Part shown: positions 52,871-64,000 of the stretch, piece by piece
How the letters are laid out: the number at the start of each line of letters is the position of its first letter
Numbering within the stretch: position 1 is the first letter of the stretch
Source of the DNA: Octopus sinensis
Lineage: Eukaryota
Length of the DNA: 64,000 nucleotides
NCBI RefSeq assembly: GCF_006345805.1
Contig: NC_043001.1
Span: 83,080,001 to 83,144,000 of the forward strand
Direction: 5' to 3'
Translations under genes and position numbers: made by a program
The notes under the pieces: model-generated
Databases searched by the model: none
What the model was told of the DNA's origin: nothing
What the model saw: the letters and a program-made list of their open reading frames with translations, nothing else

Positions 52871-53074
52871 TATTTCTATACTTACAGCAATATGATGTGA
52901 TTTTAAGTGAGGGTTTTAGTGAGTGGAGCAGTCATAGTGGGGGCAGTTTCGTTGTTTTGTACGTTGTATGGCTGTGATGGTTGTGTGTACTTTACAGCGG
53001 TAGGGGTAGGGTTTGTGATGGTAGTGCGACTGTAATTGTTCTTTCTAAAATAGCAAAGTGGCCGATCAATTATA

Positions 53075-53625
53075 TCAACCGCAATATTTGACTAGTTCTT
53101 ATTTTATCGAGCCTGAGAGAATGAATAGCGAAGTTCACTTCGGCGTAATTTGAACCCACGACTCGAAGAGCCAGAAGAATTGCCGCTAAGCATTTCGTCC
53201 AACACATAAGCGATTCTGTCAGCTCGCTACATCTAGTATGCTTGTCGTAGCCCTTTCTGATATGGGCACAAGGCCTGAAATTTTGAGTAACTACGCTTAG
53301 TCGATTACACTGACCCAAGTGTCCAACTCATACTTATTTTATTGACCCTGAAAGGATGAAAAGCAAAGTCAACACCGGCATTTTGTTCGGTACACACCGC
53401 TTTAATAACGACCCTTCCTTACTATAGGTACATGGCCTGGAATTTTGGGTGTGTGGGTTAGTCGATTATATTGACCCCAGTGCTCAAGTGATGATTATTT
53501 TATCGACCCCGAAAGGATAAAAAGCAAAGTCGACCTTGTCGGAATTAGAACTCAGAACGTAAAGACGGACGATGTGCCGCTAAGCATTTTATCCGACGTG
53601 CAAGCCAATCCGATAGGTCACCGCT
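53075..53625 (-). mobile_element. Cluster of three SINE family B copies
   Basis: Repeated ATTTTATYGACCC..AAAGGATGAAAAGCAAAGTC. Confidence 0.8.
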
Positions 53626-53634
53626 TTTTTTCTC

Positions 53635-54000
53635 TTTTATTTATTCCAGTTATTTGACGGTGGGCTGGTGCTGTAGCAACGCCTTTAGTCGAACAAATCG
53701 ACCCCAGTACTTATTCTTTGTAAGCCTAGTACTTATTCTATCGGTCACCTTTGCCAAAATGCTGCCTTACGGACACGTAAACACACCAGCATATTATTAG
53801 ACAAACACAGACACACAAATATATATATATATAACACGGGCTTCTTTCAGTTGCCGTCTACCAAATCCACTCACAAGGCTTTGGTCAGCCCGATGCTATA
53901 GTAGCAGACGCTTGCTTAAGATGCCACGCAGTGGGACTGAACCCGAAACTATGTGGTTGGTAAGCAAGCTACTTAAAAAAAAAGTTATTCCTGTGCCTAT
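53635..54000 (-). mobile_element. SINE family A
   Basis: Colinear with the family consensus. Confidence 0.85.
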
Positions 54001-54014
54001 AGTAATGATAATGA

Positions 54015-54630
54015 TTTCCAATTTGGGCATAAGGACAGCATTTTCGAGGGATGCGGTAAGTCGATTACATTGCCCCCAGTGCTCGACTGTTACTTATTTT
54101 ATTGACCCCGAAAGGATGAAAGCCAAAATTCGACCGCTGTGGAATTTGTACTTAGAATATTAAGTCGGAAGAAAATGCCAAACCTTTCTAGTAAAGGTAC
54201 AAGGTCTGAAATTTCGGGGGAGGGAGTGATTCGATTAAATCGACCCCAGCGCTCAACTGGTACCTATATTATTTTATCTACTCTGAAAGAATGAAAGGCA
54301 AATTGGATCTCAGCGAAATTTGTACTCGGAACCTAAAGACGGAAGAAATGCTGCTAGGCATTTTGTTCGACGCACTAACAATTCTGCCACCTCATCGCCT
54401 TAGTAACAATAATACTCCTTTCTCTTATAAGCAAAAGACCTGAATTTTTGGGGGGTGGGACTTAATCGATTATATCGATCTCAATGCTCAATTGGTACCG
54501 ATTTTGTCTTCCTTGAATGGATGAAAGCAAATTCGACTTCAGCAAAATTTGAACTCAGAACGTAAAGCCGGAAGGAATGCCGCTGAGCATTTTGTTCGAC
54601 GCGCTAACGATTCTGTCACCTCTCCGCCTT
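54015..54630 (-). mobile_element. Cluster of about three diverged SINE family B copies
   Basis: Repeated body modules with short TAA-like spacers. Confidence 0.8.
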
Positions 54631-54680
54631 TAGTGTGCTTGTAATTATGTGAGGGCTTGCTGTCTGGTAGTGCATAGTTA

Positions 54681-54980
54681 TGTTTGTTCCTTCTCGAGCC
54701 ATGCCTAGCTCAGAAGGGCCGGTTTCCTGGTTTCCTTGGCGTATAGGTTCCCCACCTGGACGGGACGCCGGCCGTCGCAGGTGAGCTGCAAGATGCAGGA
54801 GGAAAGAGTGAGAGAAAGTTGTGGCGAAAGAGTCAGCAGAAGTTCGCCAATACCTTCTGCCGCAGCCGCGTGGGGCTTAGGTGTTTCGCCAATTAACACA
54901 CACATCGCCCGGTCTGAGATTCGAACCCGCGATCCCTGGACCGCGAGCCCTCTGCTCTAACCACTAGGCCATGTGCCTCT
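54681..54980 (-). mobile_element. SINE family C, subfamily C2
   Basis: Head GGCCTAGTGGTTAGAGCAG..GGGTTCGAATCTCAGACCGGGCG. Confidence 0.88.
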
Positions 54981-55349
54981 ACCAGTGCATAGTGAATGGT
55001 AGTATATGATGTTTGGTGCGAGGTGCGAGGGGTTGATGTGTAGTGGCGTGTTGCGTGTTTGGTGGCATGCGTGGGCGTATGTGGTAGTGTACATTAATGT
55101 GTGGAGAGGTAGGTGATGGTGTGTCGGGAAATGTGTGATTAGCAGTGTTCGAGGTGTGTAGTGGTATGTGGGAGCGAGTACAACTATTTGGCGATATCTG
55201 GTATGTGTGTTGGGAGGCTGTGACGTGGAGGCACGATGTGGTCGGTGACTAAGATGGCGACTTGTGGGGTGAAAATATTGCGGAGAGGCGGAATAATTAA
55301 TTTAGCGACAGGCGTGACAGTTCCGGAGAGTCGGGATTTCTATGAAAAA

Positions 55350-55617
55350 TAGGAGAGAGAGAGGGAGAGAGAGATAGAGATAGATAGATAGATAGATAGA
55401 TAGAGAGAGAAAGAGAGAACAAGTGTGAGACAGAGAGAGAAATAGAAAAAGAAAGCGAAACAGAGAGAGGGAGTGAGAGAGCGTGAAAGAGAGCAAAAGA
55501 GAGCGAGCAAGAGAGAGAGAGAAAGAGCGTGAGAGAGGGAGTGAAAGAGAGAGAAAGAGAGCAATCGAGGCAGAGAGAGAAAGAGAGCAATCGAGGCAGA
55601 GAGAGAAAGAGAGAGAG

Positions 55618-55658
<41 letters not shown>

Positions 55659-55812
55659 ATATGTGTTTGTGTTTGTGTATGTGTGTTTACGTTTGTCAGA
55701 GAAGAGTTTGAGAAAAGAATGAGGAGTAGAGAGCCGGAGTGATGTGAGAAAGGAGGGGGGGTGTAGATGGAAAGAATTCATGGGTGAGAAACATGAAAGA
55801 GAGAGAGAGAGC

Positions 55813-55850
<38 letters not shown>

Positions 55851-55940
55851 AAGATGAAGAGGGACAGTGAAAAGAAAAGAAGAATGATAAAGAGGAAAGA
55901 TAAAGAGAGAAAGAGGGTTGGATAGAAAAGAGAGCAAAAG

Positions 55941-55977
<37 letters not shown>

Positions 55978-56100
55978 AGAGGGGAGAGAGAACAAGAGGC
56001 AAAAGGAAGCATGAAGCCGACAGGGGGCAAGAAGGGAAAAGGGAGTAAGAAGGGGCAGAGTGAGAAGGGAGAGAGAGACCAAGAGTGTGAAATGTGGACA
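55350..56100. repeat. (AG)n-rich polypurine tract with embedded (TG)n and a 26-bp tandem unit
   Basis: Direct inspection; GAGAGAGAAAGAGAGCAATCGAGGCA occurs twice. Confidence 0.9.
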
Positions 56101-56252
56101 CCATTGGAGAGAAAGAATAAGAAAAACGTGTGAAAGAAGAGAATGAAGAATGGAGAGTCGTTAGACGAAATAGTGAATGCGATTTGTCAGATATAAAACA
56201 CACAAACACGCATACACATACACATACACACGTGTGTATGCGTGTGTATGTG

Positions 56253-56297
<45 letters not shown>

Positions 56298-57639
56298 ACA
56301 TAGATAGATCGATAGATAGAATGATATGCAGATAAGCATCAGTGAGACAGAGGGAGTAAGAAGGAGAGAGAGAGAGAGAAAAGGGAATTTGATAAATATA
56401 TGAGTGCGTGCGTGCGTACGTGCGTTTGTGTGTGTGTCTGTGAGTGCGTGCATGCGTGTGTGTGTGTGAGTCGAGGGAGATCCTGAAATAAAGGAAATTG
56501 AGGTCGAGAAAGAGAAACGTAAATTATTAAAAAGAAAGGGCAATGTAAAAATAATCATATAAAGAACGGGTAAGGCATTTCGAAAAATTAATGAGACGAA
56601 ACAGCGGAAGGTGAATAAGGTCACGTGATAGCATATCTGTGTGGAAAGTGATGGAGGAAGATAGAGGGGGAAAGAATTGACATTGGTGGGAAAGTTCGTC
56701 AAGTGTTTGACAAAAGATTATGAAGAATTGTAGGCAGACGATAGAGAAGAAACGAAGGAATTCAGGTGGCAGAATGCAGGAATACAGACGATAGAGGATG
56801 AATAAGGGATGAAACGATAGGAAAGAGAAATAAATGTTTATATAAAAATAAGACAGAAAATCAAGGATTGATAATGTCATATAGAAGAAGAAAGAATATA
56901 GGAATATAGCTCGATATAAATGAACGAAGCTGAAAGAATACAGCCGATATAGAGAATAAATAGAGACGGAAACGATAGGAAAGAAAAATAATTATTTACA
57001 GAAAAGAAGGAAGAAAATTAAAGATTGATGATGTCATAGACGAGGAAAGGATATAGCAGGATCTGAATGAACAATGCTAAAGGAATGAGAGTGGGAGAGA
57101 AGATGTTGGGGGATAAAGATAATGAAGGAATTAATATAGTTGACTAGACTAGTAGTCAAAGAAGTGAAGAGAACAAAAGAAAACGAAGGAAAAATAATGG
57201 AGTGAAATGAAGGAATATATACGACAAGGAACATTAAAGGCAAATGAACATGAAGATATGCAGCTGGTCGGAAAGAAACTGAACAAATAGGAATATAAAG
57301 AAAAAATGAGGGGAGAAAATTAACGGACGGGGAATCGCTAAGGCTCAAATATTTGTTTATTAATTTGCTATTTGTCTGGTTCATTTAGTTAATATTGATT
57401 TGGTTGGAGTGGCAAAATGGCTTCAAATAAGCTGACTTGCGATTTGAAACTTCCGATGAAGAATTGGCTATAAGAACTGTGCGTCGGGAAAATTTGGTAA
57501 AGCAATTTGCATTCCATTAGGAATAAAATTTGATTCCACGTGCAACCATATTTAGGTTTCGTTCTGTTAATCAATATGTTTGTCAAATTATTTGTCTGTA
57601 ATTATATTTTTTTTCTTCCCTATTGAACCCAGTCATTGC

Positions 57640-58038
57640 TGTGTAGTTAAGAATTTCGCTTTGCAGTCTCGTGGTTTTGGGTTCAGTACTACTGCGCTGC
57701 ACCATGGTAAAGTGTCTTCTAAAACTTAACCTCGGACTGACAAACATTTGCTGGCGAGTTTGATAGACGGAAACTTTGTGAAAGCTCATAGTATATGCAC
57801 ACACAAAACACACACACACACACACACATACACACACACATACACACACACACACACATACACACACACACAGACGCACACACACACACGCACACGCACA
57901 CACACACACACACTCTCTGTCTGTCTCTCCCTCACACACACACACTCTCTCTCTGTCTCTCTGTCTCACACACACTCTCACTGTCTCTCTCTCACACACA
58001 CACACTCTCTCATACATACACATATTCTTGCAGCAAAC

Positions 58039-58076
<38 letters not shown>

Positions 58077-58292
58077 TGTGTGTTTGTGTGTGTGTGTGTT
58101 TGTATCCTTCACCACTTGACGACTGAAGTTGGTTTGTTTACGTTTTCTTAACTTAGCGGTTCACCAAAAGACATGGATAGGATAAGTACCAGGTTTAAAA
58201 AATAAGTAGTGGAAACGATTTGCTCGACTAAACTTTCCAAAAGGCCATGCGATGTTCCAGCATGGCCGCTATCCAATGACTGAAACAACGAA
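57640..58292 (+). mobile_element. SINE family A with internal microsatellite expanded to ~330 bp
   Basis: 5' half to ~57785 and 3' half from ~58095, separated by CA/CT/TG repeats. Confidence 0.75.
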
Positions 58293-58899
58293 AAAATACC
58301 AGATAACACATGTGTTGTACAATTTCCACTGTCTGGTTTATTTCTGCACGCCTTTAGATTCTTATGGTGGCCACAACGAAAGCGGGTAATTTATCCTCAG
58401 ATGGGGAACGATATCTACTATTCCTCTACTCTTAGAATTGACATTTTGCTTCTCAACACATTTCTCGAGGCTTGTTACATTACTTACGTTCTTGTTATTT
58501 CTGTCTATATGTTAACTTTTATATTTCTTTGGATCCAGTGGGATTGATAGAGAATTAAGAATTTGGATCAGTACCTTGGGACGTTGTGTAATTATCGGGA
58601 ATTCTGGGTTTGAATTTTTAAATAATAACACGGTATATGAGGATTGCTACAACTAGAAACTTTGTCTCACAAATGTCTACGTGGTCTTTCATTTTCAGTA
58701 TTGATATTGGGGTACGTTCAGTGTGTTCGAGCTCAATTTGACATCTGTTTATGCTTCTTCTTTTCAGAAACAGCTCGATGTATTCGTGAATAGTTTGTGG
58801 CCCAGGGAAGGATGAAGATTAATGTTGCAGTTGAGAAAAAGTTAGCTGGCTTGGAGGACTGGAAGACATCTGAATATTGGAAAGAGTTACCTGTGTCAT

Positions 58900-59460
58900 G
58901 ATTTGTGACATGTATCAAAGTAGCGATATCATGAATGTTACTCAATGTTCTGTGGGTACTGTGAAGGCTGAAAGACATGATATGAACACCATAACAAATC
59001 AAGTACCCCGAAATTGTGATGGTGTCTCCTGTGGGTGTGTCTCCAGTGAAGGTGACGTCATGCCGCCTCCAAATCTTTGAACAGGTACTTAGGCACAATT
59101 CAGACGGCTATTGGAACTGTTGGAGACCGTGATCAAGCTCTGACTGGAGAAGATTGCTGCTGGAAGGTCATGTGTGGTGACAGGATTCGGTTCCTTGCCA
59201 CACTCCCAGAAAGAGTCAGAAGTGGTTAGAGATTTTCTACGACTATTTCTGAACAAATTCTCCTGATCGTAATCCAATTGATTACGATGTATATGGGAAA
59301 GACATCAACCGCTCTGCCTGCAACACCAAGGCCTAGTTGGTAGCTCAGATCAAGGAAGTATTGGAAGATCTTATCAAGGACTCAGTGAGGAATGCATGCG
59401 CAAGGTTCTGGAGCCGTCTTGAGGCTGTGGTGGAAGCTGAGGGCGGCTATTTCCAGTAAA
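58900..59460 (+). pseudogene. Degraded Tc1/mariner transposase, maT/DD37D-like
   Basis: VSSEGDVMPP; DSVPCHT; NSPDRNPIDY; SVRNACARFWSRLEAVVEAEGGYFQ*. Confidence 0.8.
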
Positions 59461-59486
59461 CTGTTACCTCCCGCCTATAACCTCTC

Positions 59487-59895
59487 TTTTACTCTCTTTT
59501 ATTTGTTTTAGTCATTTACCTGCGGCCATGCTGGAGCACCGCCTTTAGTCGAGGAAATCGACCCCACGACTTATTCTTTGTAAGCCTAGTACTTATTATA
59601 TCGGTCTCTTTTGCCGAACCGCTAAGTTACGGGGACGTAAACACACCATCATTGGTTGCCAAACGATGTGGGGGGCGGGGGACAAACACAGACTCACATA
59701 TACACACACACTCACACACATATATACATATATACGACGGACTTCTTTCAGTCTCTATCTACCAAATCCACTCACAAGGCTTTGGTCAGCCCGAGGCTAT
59801 AGTAGAAGACACTTGCCCAAGGTGCCACGCAGTGGGAATGAACCCGGAACCATGTGGTTGGTAAGCGAGCAACTTACCACACAGCTACTCCTGCA
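59487..59895 (-). mobile_element. SINE family A, full length
   Basis: Near consensus. Confidence 0.9.
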
Positions 59896-60247
59896 CCTAG
59901 TTGTTATTCTTTTTTTTTTTTTTTAAATGGGATATTGTTTTCTTTTCCTTTTATGCAAACTGTCAAATTTAACCCGAACAACCTGTTGGTGGTCTATAGG
60001 CGTGGACTATAAATATTCATGATGTAATAAAAGCAGCTTATATTTTTGTTGCCTATTATGGATTGTGTAGGAAGATTGAGAACCATAGTAAATTTTGACC
60101 AACTGTGATGCCTATATTTACTCTGAGTACGTTTGTATTGCTCCTTGCTTTCTTTGTTGTTTTTCCTATTTTAGCAGTGACGGGCCAAGCATTTTTATCT
60201 TTTATATGTATGTGAAATACTCCAGTCCTTCAGTCTTTTCTTTTTGC

Positions 60248-60703
60248 TTACTTGTTTTAGTCATTAGTCTGCGGCCATGCTAGGGCACTTCCTTAAAGAA
60301 TTCTTCATCAAACGAATCGACCCCAGTGCTTTTTCTTAAAAGCTTGCTATTTATTCTATCAATCTCATTTGCCGAACTGCAAGTTCACGGAGACATAAAC
60401 ACACTAACATCGATTGCCAAGCGGTGATGGTGGACGAACACAAACACAAAGGCACACACGCACGCACACACACACATACACACATAGCACATCATATATA
60501 TATATATATATACACACATACATACACATACATATATACACATACATACGTACATACATATGTATATATAGACAGACACACATAACAGTCTTCTTTCAGT
60601 TGCCGTCAAAAAACATTTGCGCAAGGTGTCACACAGCGGGTCTGATTCCGGAACCATGTAGTTTGGTAGTAAGCTTCTTACCACAAAGCCACGCCTGCGC
60701 CTA
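60248..60703 (-). mobile_element. SINE family A, diverged with deletion
   Basis: Head, microsatellite and tail are recognisable. Confidence 0.8.
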
Positions 60704-61589
60704 TGTAATGTTTTCGTTGTAACGTATTCTCCAGTATTGCTGGTAAGATCATTTGATCTACTAGGGGCTAAATTAAGAAAGGACGTATTTCTCTCTCTCT
60801 CTGCTATCTTTTCTCTTTTCAACAAACTGTCTCTCCCAGCTTGCATTATTTTCTTCTCGGTCTGGTTTAACGAACCTCCATGTTTGTTTTCGTTCGGTTT
60901 CCTTATATGTCTACACTGTCCTGTTTTTGTTCCCAACTTTGGCCCTCCATAAATCCTAAATTTTATTTTAGAATTTATGGGAGCAACGGTCTTTGAAAAC
61001 TCATATCGTCGTTGAACGCTCGAAATGAGAAATAGATAGATAGCCGACAGCTGATGAAAGATCCTTTCTCTGTGTTTACTTGTTTTGTTTTCCATTTTTT
61101 TTCTCGTTGTTTGCTTATTTCACTCGTATTACCCACGTTTGTTTACGAATTTCATGTTATTTGCACAGCTGGGTCCTGTACTCACATATGTATGTTTATA
61201 TATATATATATGTATGTATGTATGTATGTATGGCAGCCATATGACCAAATGTGTTACAACAATGACCATCTCGCCTCTGATGCAAGTAGTGCATCTAAAC
61301 CAACATTATACAATATGCCCTTTATTTATTAAAGAGAGAAAACTCGGAATCGAAGAAGATATGGCTGCTATCTTCAGCAGGTCACTCGACCATTTAGCGT
61401 TTGAGTATATGTGTGTGTGTTAGAATGTGTTTAAGTGTGTTTTCGCGTGCGCGCGCGCGTGTGTGTGTAGGTGTGTGTTTCTGTGGGTGATTATATGTGT
61501 GTGTATCTATGATAGAGAATGGGAAGAAATATCGCGTGGGATCAAGTTACCATGTATCGAATCAATGTGTAAATCATATTCTATCTGCC

Positions 61590-62260
<671 letters not shown>

Positions 62261-62569
62261 ATCAAATAAAACTATGCATCAACACATTTTCGCTCGAGTA
62301 CAATGTTGCATTTCTGCGATGCCTTTGTACGTACGTGTCTATGTCTGAAGATGTGTGTGCGTGTTTGTGTGGTGTGCTAGTGTGTTTATGCATCTCTGCG
62401 TAAGTACTTTGTGTTTGCCATACCTCTCTTGCACATATATAAAACTATATTTGCACATCTAAACATTTTATTGAATCAGCAGACATTGTTGGACAACACA
62501 TCACATCGCAACCTTGCCCCACCCCCGTCACACATAACCCCACGGTTAACAGTTTTCCTGTTGCACTAG

Positions 62570-62703
62570 AGCCGTACCGGAAATAAATATTGCGCGCAAA
62601 GAATGCCGGTTGACTCACGTTCTTCGAGAAATAGTGAGATATCCTTTCCGGAAATTAAAAGCTACATACAGAATCCGGCGGTGCAAAAACTGATACGTCA
62701 TAG
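62570..62703 (+). CDS. Candidate 134-nt exon of an unidentified host gene
   Basis: Acceptor TTTTCCTGTTGCACTAG, donor TAG|GTAAAA; open frame SRTGNKYCAQRMPVDSRSSRNSEISFPEIKSYIQNPAVQKLIRH(R); CpG-rich; a minus-strand alternative exists. Confidence 0.35.
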
Positions 62704-63215
62704 GTAAAAATTGAAAAAAAAAAAAAAATGGAATAAAATAAAATAAAATGAAAATATAAAATGAATAAATGATTAAATAACTAGATAAATAAGTAAGTAG
62801 ATAAATAAAGGACCCATACACAATATATCCGAAGTAATTTCGAGTTAAGGTTGCCAATGAAATAGAATTGTGTGGAGCCAGGAATTACTTTGATGTGCTG
62901 TTTTGTGAACAAATTAAGTTTATAGGGAAACAAGTTTCAACACCAGGATGTGTCACGCATGCGCACACACACGCATATGTTTATGTGCGTGCGCGTGATA
63001 AGCTTCATTAAAAACTTAACCACCTCCCACTTTTATCTATGTATTACATATTTTGTGTTAGAAAATTTTTACGCCGTTTGTTTGGAACAATTCAACGTTT
63101 CCAGATGTTCTTAACCTTATCTTAATCTTCAGGATATAAAATAGATTTGGTTTAGACATGCTCACATACGCACACACACATACACACACATACATACATT
63201 ACATATGCATATATA

Positions 63216-63267
<52 letters not shown>

Positions 63268-63374
63268 ATATGTAGATGCATATATATATAGATATATGTA
63301 TGTATATATATATATGAATACATATATACGCATATATATACATATATGTATAAAAATATATTCATATATATATG

Positions 63375-63423
<49 letters not shown>

Positions 63424-63842
63424 TATATATATACATACGCACACACACACACACACACATATGGGAAACAAGTTTTCCTTAAGACATATTTTAAAAATAC
63501 GGCTATTTTAAAGCTTTATATTTTTTTATGGGCGATTTTCATATGTTCAATCTCTGGCAGTTTGTCAAGGACAGGAACATTTCTAGAATCATCATCGAAG
63601 TTTCTAGGTCTTCATATTCTCACATTCAGGGTTAAGAGTTGTTTGTGTGTGTTGCTACCATTTTATTGCAAGCAACGCTATTCTGGTTTGTTTAAACATT
63701 GTGGACGACATTTGAATTTATAATTTTAGATTTGTCCTCAATATGGTATCATTTCTTCTATAATTAACTGTTGTCATTAAAGTCTGTATTTTAGAATATG
63801 TGTTGTCATCAGAGTGTATATTTTTTTTCTTTTAACGTTATA

Positions 63843-64000
63843 CTCTTTTACTTGTTTCAGTCATTTGACTGCGGCCATGCTGTGGCACAGCCTTTAGTCG
63901 AGAAAATCGACCCCAGGACTTATTCTTTGTAAGCCTAGTACTTATTCTATCGGTCTCTTTTTCCGAACCGCTAAGTTACGGGGACATAAACACGCCAGCA
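63843..64000 (-). mobile_element. SINE family A, 3' part, truncated by window edge
   Basis: TACTTGTTTCAGTCATTTGACTGCGGCCATGCTG..AAGTTACGGGGAC. Confidence 0.9.

Overview
Eukaryotic, repeat-saturated, probably intronic or intergenic DNA. It is most consistent with an octopus (coleoid cephalopod) genome, inferred from the SINE families and the extreme (TA)n/(CA)n/(TCTA)n/(TAA)n load. No host protein-coding gene can be named. Most supplied ORFs are translated microsatellites, and the real protein remnants belong to transposons: RTE LINEs, Dong/R4 LINEs, Penelope-like elements (PLEs) and Tc1/mariner. There are only a few weak host-exon candidates. The main result is a set of hammerhead ribozyme (HHR) motifs, folded by hand. 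First, a ~490-bp tandem array (37781-39096, about 2.7 copies, flanked by (TA)n) carries in each unit a type I HHR on the minus strand, the architecture of a non-LTR retrozyme. Second, an adjacent ~410-bp palindrome holds two divergent minimal HHRs. Third, a G3-C8 core-swap HHR lies in a second inverted repeat. Fourth, a decayed HHR lies downstream of a fold-back PLE. Some near-identical tandem duplications differ mainly by short indels, so assembly artefact must be excluded before copy numbers are trusted.
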